Assembly (NCBI GenBank): GCA_043228905.1
Contig: JBHGNT010000022.1
Coordinates: 1,984,001 to 2,048,000 of the forward strand
Direction of reading: 5' to 3'
Length of the DNA stretch: 64,000 nucleotides
Source of the DNA: Azolla caroliniana
Taxonomy: Eukaryota > Plantae > Polypodiophyta
How positions within the stretch are numbered: the first letter of the stretch is position 1; each line of letters begins with the position of its first letter. The notes under the pieces were generated by a model, which saw only the letters and a list, made by a program, of their open reading frames with translations, did no database searches and was not told the origin of the DNA. A program made the position numbers and the translations under genes. This document shows positions 1 to 10,575 of the stretch, in pieces.

Positions 1-3000
1 GAAGCAATCAGTCGAGCGGTCAGATGTGACAACCGCCTCTTCGAGCGACGTTCGGAACGACAATTTCAGATGCCGAGGGCAAGATCCGAGCCTACCTATG
101 CCTCAGTGGTAGCGAAACCTTTTCAAAGGGAGTCACATAATGCGCCTCCAGTAAGTACTCCAACTCCAATGGAAATTGACACTACACGTCGTCGTGGGCC
201 GCTATCGGAGGAGGAAAAGCAACGACGCCGAACAAACCGATTATGCCTTTATTGCGGTGGACCAGGGCATATCGCGATAAACTGTCCCCATAGACCAAGA
301 AGGCAGGTAAACCAAGTCGTTGTTAGTTCTGACTATACTAAACCCGAGTCTATTTCAGTAGGAATCTCTGATAGTCCTCATAGTCATAATAGTCCTAATA
401 GTACTAATAGTCCGAATCTCGCAAACAAATTTGATGTCCTTAGCCAATTAGAAGAAGAGTTAAACGACTAAGTCCAGCCAAAATAGGAGCCGTTTGGTTG
501 GACAGCCCTAGATCTGTGCAGCCCATTAGTGGTTCCATTCCCTCTAAGCAAGTTAGTGATGTGTTCGTAGCCCAAGTAGCAGTTAGTACTAAAAGTACCC
601 CTCCAGTACATACCTTAGCCCTTCTAGATTCCGGAGCTAATTCTTGCTTCATGGATAGGAATTTTGCCCGAGCTCATCAGATATCTCTCAGAAAGCTCCC
701 ATGTCCAGCCTCAGTAGTAGTCATTGATGGTCGTCCCATTGCTTCTGGTAATATCATAGAAGAGTCGGAACCCGTTAATATTGTCCTAGATAACTTAACA
801 TGTGTAGTATCATAGATTGGAGGACAAGGGAAATCTGCTTGCAACAAACCCAAGGACCTACCCAGAAGGTTGCAACCATTTCGCTACGTCAGTTGCGTAA
901 GGAAGGGCGCAAGGAGGAAATGTTTCTCTTTGCAATATCAGTACAACCCTCCAGCACCACCAAAGAGGAGTCCACCGTTCAACTTCCCGAGAAGTATCGT
1001 CAGTATGCTGATGTGTTCGATAAAGTACAAGCCAACACACTTCCTCATCATCGGCCGTACGATTGCGCCATCGACTTACAACCGGGAAAAGAGCCGCCAT
1101 GGGGGCCGATCTACAATTTGTCACCCACCGAGCTAGAAGTCCTTCGAGCCTATATAGAGGAGAATTTGTAGAACGGTTTCATTCGGCATTCGAAATCTCC
1201 AGCCGGCGCACCCATTTTCTTCGTCAAGAAAAAAGATGGCTCGCTTCGACTCGTTGTAGATTACCGTGGCTTGAATAAGGTCACAGTAAGAAATAGGTAT
1301 GCTCTTCCCCTTATCTCAAGTCTTTTAGAACGGATCAACGGTGCCAGGTTCTTCACGAAGATCGACTTACGAGGAGCCTATAACCTCGTACGGATCCGAC
1401 CAGGAGATGAATGGAAGACCGCGTTTCGCACCAGATATGGGCACTTCGAGTATACGGTCATGCCGTTCGGACTCACTAATGCGCCGGCAGTCTTCCAGCA
1501 CATGGCGAATGATATATTTCGAGATCTCTTGGATGATTTTTTGATCATCTATTTGGATGATCTACTGGTTTATTCAAAGACCCAAGAAGAACATGATTCT
1601 CATGTACTATTAGTACTAAAACGACTTCGAGAACATGGTCTGTATGCAAAGTTAGAGAAATGTAGTTTCGGGTGCAACCAAGTGGAATTTCTCGGCTATG
1701 TCATCTCCTCAGAAGGCATATCTATGGACCCAGCCAAGGTCAAAACGGTGATAGAATGGCACACTCCGCGTTCGGTGCGGGATGTGCAATGCTTCCTAGG
1801 CTTTGCAAATTTCTACCGGAAGTTCATACAAAATTACTCAAAAATTGTGCTGCCTCTCACACAGCTCACCAGGAAGGGACAATCATTCATTTGGTCTAAA
1901 GAGACGGACATGGCTTTCGAGAGTCTTAAGAAGGCGTTTACATCAGCTCCAATTTTAGGTCATGTGGATCCGGAAAAACCATTCATTATCGAAGCTGACG
2001 CATCGGATTTCGCATTGGGGAGCATTCTGTCACAACAGGGTAACGACGAGAAGCTACATCCTGTGGCTTTCCACTCCCGTAAGTTTGACGCCGCCGAAAT
2101 CAACTACGAAATTCATGATAAAAAGCTATTAGCAATAGTTGATTCTTTTATGCAATGGAGGCATTTCCTGGAGGGATCTCCTCATCAGGTCACTGTATTC
2201 AGTGACCACAAGAACCTTGCCTACTTTCAAGATGCTCGTGTACTGAATCGACGTCAAGCTCGGTGGGCCCACTTCCTCACACGCTTCGACTTCAAAATTA
2301 CCTATCGTCCGGGGAAGCACCAAGGGAAGGCAGATGCATTATCACGGCGTTCGTATCTAACACCACGTCCCGGTGAGCCAGCTTTCGATAACCAGAAGCA
2401 AGTAATCTTGGGTCCAGCACGACTGCAAGCAGCACAGGTCTTTGACATGCCCGTGGATTCCGACATTACCAATACTATACGTGAGGACTTGAAGACTGAC
2501 GCTTTCGCCCAAGCTATACTAGCACAAATTGACCCCTCTCGAGCGTCATGTTCACAATCACAATCACCAGGTACGGATTATCGGCAATTCAAATACTGTG
2601 ATGGATTACTCTTCTTTAAAGAACTTTTGTATGTTCCTAATGGTTCTTGCCGCCTTCGAGTAGTACAAAACTGCCATGACACATATACAGCAGGACATTT
2701 TGGTAGTACTAAAACATTAGATTTAGTACAACGATCATTCTGGTGGCCCCGTATGCGACAATTTGTCGAAGATTTTGTTCGGACTTGCGATACATGCTGC
2801 AGAGCGAAAATGCCGAGACATCATCCATATGGTTTATTAGAACCATTACCAATTCCAAGCAAGCCATGGCAATCCATTGCTCTTGACTTCATTACAGATC
2901 TTCCAGTTTCTAAGGGATTCAGTGCGATTCTCACAGTGGTGGATCGATATACAAAGATGGCTCATTTCTTACCATGTACTAAAGAAATATCTAGTGAAGA

Positions 3001-3760
3001 CACCGCCGAAATTGTCATGCGGGAAGTATGTCGGCATCATGGACTCCCTGATAATATCATCAGCGATCGTGGACCCCAGTTTGTGTCAAAATTCTGGAAG
3101 CACCTTTTTAAAATGCTGAAGGTCACTTGTAACCTCTCCTCCGGCTACCACCCACAAACCGACGGTCAAGCCGAACGAACAAATCAAACACTGGAGCAGT
3201 ATCTGCGGTGCTTTCTCAACTATCATCAGAATGACTGGGCAGATATTCTTCAGTTCGCCGAATTTGCCTATAATAACGCTATCCACGCATCGACTAAAGT
3301 CACGCCATTCTACGCTTATACGGGATATCATCCCCGGTGGTGTGTCCTTGAAACCCCAGAAGTGTCCACAAATCCTTGCGCGGAGGATCGTTTGGAGCGG
3401 TTACGCAAGATACAAGCGGATTTATCTACTCAACTCCAGCAAGCTCAACAATCACACAAGGACTACGCAGATCGTCATCGACTTCCATCTAGTTTTAACA
3501 TTGGAGATCGGGTGTGGCTGCTACGACGACACATCAAGACTACTCGCCCATGTGAGAAGTTGGATTATCGGCGATTAGGTCCTTTCCGTATTATCGGGAA
3601 GATTAATGATGTCGCTTTTCGTCTCGAGCTACCTCCGCAACTTCGGATACACCCGGTGTTTCATAGTTCTCTCCTCGAACCCTATCACGAGAGCACTATC
3701 CCAGGACGTACTATACAACCACCACCTCCTATCGAGCTCGAAGATGGACCTGAATATGAG
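1..3760 (+). mobile_element. Tcn1-like chromovirus (Ty3/gypsy) copy A, starts mid-gag at the window edge and is truncated just before the chromodomain
   Basis: Gag C-terminus with [14 protein letters not shown] knuckle (to 471), protease LLDSGA, RT YLDD, RNase H, HHCC/DDE integrase. Near-identical to 5794-9513. Ends at ...LEDGPEYE (3760). Confidence 0.95.
459..3760 (+). pseudogene. pol: pol (PR-RT-RH-IN) of copy A, disrupted
   Basis: 73-bp deletion at about 811-813 with CAT microhomology relative to copy B; GAG>TAG stop at 1169-1171; ORF 1271-3769 carries RT/RH/IN. Confidence 0.9.
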
Positions 3761-3775
3761 CAGTTCTGAACGTCC

Positions 3776-4498
3776 GTAAGAGACTTTGGTTCTTCGGGGA
3801 AAGTTAGAAGTAGATCTTTGACATCGTTTCGCAAGCCATAGCGAAACTGCTCCATTAGTGCTTGATCATCCCAGGGTATATCTTAAGCAAGTAGGCGGAA
3901 ATCCGCCGCGTAGGCAGAGGCTGGACTATCGCCTTGACGCAATCGCCGGATCTTGTTGATCGCCGTCCTGATGCTGTCGGTGTCTCCAAAGCAGGCTTTA
4001 AACTCACCAATAAAATCTTCAAAGTTATTAAGGAAGGGCGATTGTTTTTCTAGAAGCGGAGCGAACCATGCCAAGGCTGAGCCGCTAAGTAGCGTGCCTA
4101 TTAGGCCGACTCGAGATGCATCAGTGGGATATCGGGAAGGATGCATCTGGATGACTAAGCGTACCTGATTAAGGAATCCCCGAAATTGCGAACGCGTTCC
4201 ATCAAATTTCACAGGAAGTCCAATCTTGGGCTCTTTATGAAATCCTTGGGGACTGGATCCTTGTTGTTGCAACACTGCTTCGAGTTGTTGTACCCGTAAC
4301 GCTAACTCCCCATGTTGTTGTTGCGTTTGTTGTTTTTCTAGAGCGATTTGTTGCAGATCCCCTATCAGCCGTTGGTTTTCTTGTTCCAAGGCAACAAACT
4401 TTTCTTTTAGGCACTGTAGCTCGAAGAAAACGGATTGGTATTCTTGGGCGCTAACAGTAGCCATAGTATAGGGGAAAGGGTAGGAGGATGAGGGAGAG
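3776..4498 (-). pseudogene. gag: Inverted 5' leader plus N-terminal gag fragment of a diverged Tcn1-like subfamily
   Basis: ORF 4464-3883 MATVSAQEYQ... is homologous to gag 5095-6264; homology continues past a stop to PEEPKSL at about 3776. Confidence 0.9.
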
Positions 4499-4537
4499 TG
4501 ACAATTTGAACCAATTTCCTCCTCTAGCCTACTTGAG

Positions 4538-4823
4538 TGTCATAGCTAGACTCGAACCCATAACCTTTTGTTACACGGGTCGAGACTTTACCATTAGGTT
4601 ATGAATTGTAATTTGAAGGATATTATTTTCATTTAGGTTTTATTGGGAAATTGATGTATATTCCAGATTTCTCTAGAACATTCTAGAAACTTCAGGAGTA
4701 TTCCTGAAGACACTATAAAAGGAGGCGCAAGGCATTAGTTCGAACCAAATCGGTTCAACGCCAGTCTTAAGCCTTCTAACTACTGTTGTATATCTTCCTT
4801 CATATAATACATATATCTTTCGC

Positions 4824-4867
<44 letters not shown>

Positions 4868-5006
4868 CCACTCACTCATTCCTTCTCTCAAAGTTCGACA
4901 CCTCTCATAGTACTAATCCTTCTCTGTCTTAGTACTATTCCCCAACAATAGTACTAATCCTTCTTTTAGTACTAATTCCTTCTCTGCCTTAATAGAGTTC
5001 CTGACA
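4538..5006 (+). repeat. 5' LTR of copy B (469 bp)
   Basis: TGTCA/TGACA termini, TATAAAA at 4714, (CT)n tract, inverted copy at 10115-10575. Confidence 0.95.
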
Positions 5007-5008
5007 GT

Positions 5009-5020
5009 TTGAACCGATTT
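5009..5020 (+). promoter_or_regulatory. Self-priming-type primer binding site (TTGAACCGATTT)
   Basis: Lies 2 nt after the LTR end, has no TGG start, and is the exact reverse complement of LTR 4747-4758, which starts 33 nt after the TATA box. Confidence 0.8.
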
Positions 5021-5094
5021 TCACTACTAGTCTCCCTCTTCCTTCTGTCTCCCTCCTTTCCTACTAGTCTCTTATTTCCCTTTTCCTTCATCCC

Positions 5095-6264
5095 ATGGCC
5101 ACCGTTAGCGCTGAAGAGTATCAATCCGTTTTCTCGGAATTTCAATGCTTGAAAGAGAAGTTTCATGCTTTGGAACAAGAAAATCAACGCTTGTTGGGGG
5201 ATCTTCAGCAAATTTCCTTAGAAAAGCAGCAAACGCAACAACAGCATGGGGAACTGGCGTTACGCGTGCAACAACTCGAAGCAACCATCGTAGCAATGCA
5301 ACAACAAGGGCACGGAGCACAAGGGATTCATAAAGAACCCAAGATTGGCCTTCCCACGAAGTTCGATGGAACGCGATCGCAGTTTAGAGGGTTTCTTAAC
5401 CAGGTACGGTTAGTTATTCAAATGCATCCGTCCCGATATCCCACCGATGCATCACGAGTGGGTTTAGTAGGCACGTTGTTAAATGGCTCAGCATTAGCAT
5501 GGTTCGCTCCGCTGCTAGAAAAGGAATCTCCAGTACTAAATAATTTTGAAGAATTCATAAGTGAGTTTAAAGCATGTTTTGGAGATACTGACAGCATAAG
5601 GACTGCAATCAACAAAATCCGGCGATTACGCCAAGGTGACCGTCCAGCCTCCGCATATGCTGCAGATTTCCGCCTACTCGCCGCCGATATCCCCTGGGAT
5701 GATCAAGCATTGATGGAGCAGTTCCGCTATGGTTTACGCAACGATGTCAAGGATTTACTCTTGACTTTCCCTGAAGAGCCAAAATCATTAACAGAAGCAA
5801 TCAGTCGAGCGGTCAGATGTGACAACCGCCTCTTCGAGCGACGTTCGGAACGACAATTTCAGATGCCGAGGGCAAGATCCGAGCCTACCTATGCCTCAGT
5901 GGTAGCGAAACCTTTTCAAAGGGAGTCACATAATGCGCCTCCAGTAAGTACTCCAACTCCAATGGAAATTGACACTACACGTCGTCGTGGGCCGCTATCG
6001 GAGGAGGAAAAGCAACGACGCCGAACAAACCGATTATGCCTTTATTGCGGTGGACCAGGGCATATCGCGATAAACTGTCCCCATAGACCAAGAAGGCAGG
6101 TAAACCAAGTCGTTGTTAGTTCTGACTATACTAAACCCGAGTCTATTTCAGTAGGAATCTCTGATAATCCTCATAGTCATAATAGTCCTAATAGTACTAA
6201 TAGTCCGAATCTCGCAAACAAATTTGATGTCCTTTGCCAATTAGAAGAAGAGTTAAACGACTAA
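5095..6264 (+). CDS. gag: Gag (retrotransposon capsid domain plus CCHC zinc knuckle), 389 aa
   Basis: Intact ORF with KFDGTRSQFRGFL, LRQGDRPASAYAADF and [14 protein letters not shown]. Confidence 0.93.
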   Translation: MATVSAEEYQSVFSEFQCLKEKFHALEQENQRLLGDLQQISLEKQQTQQQHGELALRVQQLEATIVAMQQQGHGAQGIHKEPKIGLPTKFDGTRSQFRGFLNQVRLVIQMHPSRYPTDASRVGLVGTLLNGSALAWFAPLLEKESPVLNNFEEFISEFKACFGDTDSIRTAINKIRRLRQGDRPASAYAADFRLLAADIPWDDQALMEQFRYGLRNDVKDLLLTFPEEPKSLTEAISRAVRCDNRLFERRSERQFQMPRARSEPTYASVVAKPFQRESHNAPPVSTPTPMEIDTTRRRGPLSEEEKQRRRTNRLCLYCGGPGHIAINCPHRPRRQVNQVVVSSDYTKPESISVGISDNPHSHNSPNSTNSPNLANKFDVLCQLEEELND

Positions 6265-9200
6265 GTCCAGCCAAAATAGGAGCCGTTTAGTTGGACAGCC
6301 CTAGATCTGTGCAGCCCATTAGTGGTTCCATTCCCTCTAAGCAAGTTAGTGATGTGTTCGTAGCCCAAGTAGCAGTTAGTACTAAAAGTACCCCTCCAGT
6401 ACATACCTTAGCCCTTCTAGATTCCGGAGCTAATTCTTGCTTCATGGATAGGAATTTTGCCCGAGCTCATCAGATATCTCTCAGAAAGCTCCCATGTCCA
6501 GCCTCAGTAGTAGTCATTGATGGTCGTCCCATTGCTTCTGGTAATATCATAGAAGAGTCGGAACCCGTTAATATTGTCCTAGATAACTTAACATGTGTAG
6601 TATCATTTAATATTATTAGTATTCCAGAACATCCCATAGTTTTAGGATTACCATGGTTCGAGTTACATGACCCAGACATAGATTGGAGGACAAGGGAAAT
6701 CCGGCTGCGACAAACCCAGGATCTACCCAGAAGGTTGCAACCATTTCGCTACGTCAGTTGCGTGAGGAAGGGCGCAAGGAGGAAATGTTTCTCTTTGCAA
6801 TATCAGTACAACCCTCCAGCACCACCAAAGAGGAGTCCACCGTTCAACTTCCCGAGAAGTATCGTCAGTATGCTGATGTGTTCGATAAAGTACAAGCCAA
6901 CACACTTCCTCATCATCGGCCGTACGACTGCGCCATCGACTTACAACCGGGAAAAGAGCCGCCATGGGGGCCGATCTACAATTTGTCACCAACCGAGCTA
7001 GAAGTCCTTCGAGCCTATATAGAGGAGAATTTGGAGAACGGTTTCATTCGGCATTCGAAATCTCCAGCCGGCGCACCCATTTTCTTCGTCAAGAAAAAAG
7101 ATGGCTCGCTTCGACTCGTTGTAGATTACCGTGGCTTGAATAAGGTCACAGTAAGAAATAGGTATGCTCTTCCCCTTATCTCAAGTCTTTTAGAACGGAT
7201 CAACGGTGCCAGGTTCTTCACGAAGATCGACTTACGAGGAGCCTATAACCTCGTACGGATCCGACCAGGAGATGAATGGAAGACCGCGTTTCGCACCAGA
7301 TATGGGCACTTCGAGTATACGGTCATGCCGTTCGGACTCACTAATGCGCCGGCAGTCTTCCAGCACATGGCGAATGATATATTTCGAGATCTCTTGGATG
7401 ATTTTTTGATCATCTATTTGGATGATCTACTGGTTTATTCAAAGACCCAAGAAGAACATGATTCTCATGTACTATTAGTACTAAAACGACTTCGAGAACA
7501 TGGTCTGTATGCAAAGTTAGAGAAATGTAGTTTCGGGTGCAACCAAGTGGAGTTTCTCGGCTATGTCATCTCCTCAGAAGGCATATCTATGGACCCAGCC
7601 AAGGTCAAAACGGTGATAGAATGGCACACTCCGCGTTCGGTGCGGGATGTGCAATGCTTCCTAGGCTTTGCAAATTTCTACCGGAAGTTCATACAATATT
7701 ACTCAAAAATTGTGCTGCCTCTCACACAGCTCACCAGGAAGGGACAATCATTCATTTGGTCTAAAGAGACGGACATGGCTTTCGAGAGTCTTAAGAAGGC
7801 GTTTACATCAGCTCCAATTTTAGGTCATGTGGATCCGGAAAAACCATTCATTATCGAAGCTGACGCATCGGATTTCGCATTGGGGAGCATTCTGTCACAA
7901 CAGGGTAACGACGAGAAGCTACATCCTGTGGCTTTCCACTCCCGTAAGTTTGACGCCGCCGAAATCAACTACGAAATTCATGAAAAAGAGCTATTAGCAA
8001 TAGTTGATTCTTTTATGCAATGGAGGCATTTCCTGGAGGGATCTCCTCATCAGGTCACTGTATTCAGTGACCACAAGAACCTTGCCTACTTTCAAGATGC
8101 TCGTGTACTGAATCGACGTCAAGCTCGGTGGGCCCACTTCCTCACACGCTTCGACTTCAAAATTACATATCGTCCGGGGAAGCACCAAGGGAAGGCAGAT
8201 GCATTATCACGGCGTTCGTATCTAACACCACGTCCCGGTGAGCCAGCTTTCGATAACCCGAAGCAAGTAATCTTGGGTCCAGCACGACTGCAAGCAGCAC
8301 AGGTCTTTGACATGCCCGTGGATTCCGACATTACCAATACTATACGTGAGGACTTGAAGACTGACGCTTTCGCCCAAGCTATACTAGCACAAATTGACCC
8401 CTCTCGAGCGTCATGTTCACAATCACAATCACCAGGTACGGATTATCGGCAATTCAAATACTGTGATGGATTACTCTTCTTTAAAGAACTTTTGTATGTT
8501 CCTAATGGTTCTTGCCGCCTTCGAGTAGTACAAAACTGCCATGACACATATACAGCAGGACATTTTGGTAGTACTAAAACATTAGATTTAGTACAACGAT
8601 CATTCTGGTGGCCCCGTATGCGACAATTTGTCGAAGATTTTGTTCGGACTTGCGATACATGCTGCAGAGCGAAAATGCCGAGACATCATCCATATGGTTT
8701 ATTAGAACCATTACCAATTCCAAGCAAGCCATGGCAATCCATTGCTCTTGACTTCATTACAGATCTTCCAGTCTCTAAGGGATTCAGTGCGATTCTCACA
8801 GTGGTGGATCGATATACGAAGATGGCTCATTTCTTACCATGTACTAAAGAAATATCTAGTGAAGACACCGCCGAAATTGTCATGCGGGAAGTATGTCGGC
8901 ATCATGGACTCCCTGATAATATCATCAGCGATCGTGGACCCCAGTTTGTGTCAAAATTCTGGAAGCACCTTTTTAAAATGCTGAAGGTCACTTGTAACCT
9001 CTCCTCCGGCTACCACCCACAAACCGACGGTCAAGCCGAACGAACAAATCAAACACTGGAGCAGTATCTGCGGTGCTTTCTCAACTATCATCAGAATGAC
9101 TGGGCAGATATTCTTCAGCTCGCCGAATTTGCCTATAATAACGCTATCCACGCATCGACTAAAGTCACGCCATTCTACGCTTATACGGGATATCATCCCC

Positions 9201-9513
9201 GGTGGTGTGTCCTTGAAACCCCAGAAGTGTCCACAAATCCTTGCGCGGAGGATCGTTTGGAGCGGTTACGCAAGATACAAGCGGATTTATCTACTCAACT
9301 CCAGCAAGCTCAACAATCACACAAGGACTACGCAGATCGTCATCGACTTCCATCCAGTTTTAACATTGGAGATCGGGTGTGGCTGCTACGACGACACATC
9401 AAGACTACTCGCCCATGTGAGAAGTTGGATTATCGGCGATTAGGTCCTTTCCGTATTATCGGGAAGATTAATGATGTCGCTTTTCGTCTCGAGCTACCTC
9501 CGCAACTTCGGAT
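6252..9513 (+). pseudogene. pol: pol of copy B (nonsense and frameshift lesions, chromodomain lost)
   Basis: ORFs 6291-7001 and 6683-9703 carry PR, RT, RH and IN; the tail of the second ORF reads antisense gag. Confidence 0.9.
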
Positions 9514-10247
9514 TGGAGTCCTTATGCTGTCAGTATCTCCAAAACATGCTTTAAACTCACTTATGAATTCTTCAAAATTATTTGTTACTGGAGATTCCTT
9601 TTCTAGTAGCGGAGCGAACCATGCTAATGCTGAGCCATTTAACAACGTGCCTACTAAACCCACTCGTTATGCATCGGTGGGATATCGGGACGGATGCATT
9701 TGAATAACTAACCGTACCTGGTTAAGAAACCCTCTAAACTGCGATCGCGTTCCATCGAACTTCGTGGGAAGGCCAATCTTGGGTTCTTTATGAATCCCTT
9801 GTGCTCCGTGCCCTTGTTGTTGCATTGCTACGATGGTTGCTTCGAGTTGTTGCACGCATAACGCAAGTTCCCCATGCTGTTGTTGCGTTTGCTGCTTTTC
9901 TAAGGAAATTTGCTGAAGATCCCCCAACAAGCGTTGATTTTCTTGTTCCAAAGCATGAAACTTCTCTTTCAAGCATTGAAATTCCGAGAAAACGGATTGA
10001 TACTCTTCAGCGCTAACGGTGGCCATGGGATGAAGGAAAAGGGAAATAAGAGACTAGTAGGAAAGGAGGGAGACAGAAGGAAGAGGGAGACTAGTAGACA
10101 AAATCGGTTCAAACTGTCAGGAACTCTATTAAGGCAGAGAAGGAGTTAGTACTAAAAGAAGGATTAGTACTATTGTTGGGGAATAGTACTAAGACAGAGA
10201 AGGATTAGTACTATGAGAGGTGTCGAACTTTGAGAGAAGGAATGAGT

Positions 10248-10285
<38 letters not shown>

Positions 10286-10575
10286 TGATGCGAAAGATAT
10301 ATGTATTATATGACGGAAGATATACAACAGTAGTTAGAAGGCTTAAGACTGGCGTTGAACCGATTTGGTTCGAACTAATGCCTTGCGCCTCCTTTTATAG
10401 TGTCTTCAGGAATACTCCTGAAGTTTCTAGAATGTTCCAGAGAAATCTGGAATATACATTAATTTCCCAATAAAACCTAAATGAAAATAATATCCTTCAA
10501 ATTACAATTCATACCCTAATGGTAAAGTCTCGACCCGTGTAACAAAAGGTTATGGGTTCGAGTCTAGTTATGACA
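9511..10575 (-). mobile_element. Inverted 5' end of a copy-B-type element (LTR 10115-10575, PBS, gag N-terminus)
   Basis: Reverse complement of 4538-5610 with few substitutions; GAT microhomology at the 9511-9513 junction. Confidence 0.93.

Larger units (their letters stand above)
4538..9513 (+). mobile_element. Tcn1-like chromovirus copy B: 5' LTR, PBS, gag, disrupted pol, 3'-truncated
   Basis: LTR TGTCA..TGACA at 4538-5006, gag 5095-6264, pol with TGG>TAG at 6288-6290 and a 1-bp deletion near 6718; breaks at ...PPQLRI. Confidence 0.95.

Noticed and set aside
1-10. Window start matches the gag position where the inverted fragment at 3776 ends
   Set aside because: The window edge is arbitrary and this cannot be interpreted without upstream sequence.
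4673-4891. Short ORFs in LTRs (ERERER.. or LSLSLS..) and the many antisense or overlapping ORFs inside pol genes
   Set aside because: They arise from (GA)n microsatellites and shadow frames, and recur only because the elements are repeated.
9514-9703. Novel C-terminal domain on the 1006-aa Pol ORF
   Set aside because: It is read-through into antisense gag after the inversion junction.
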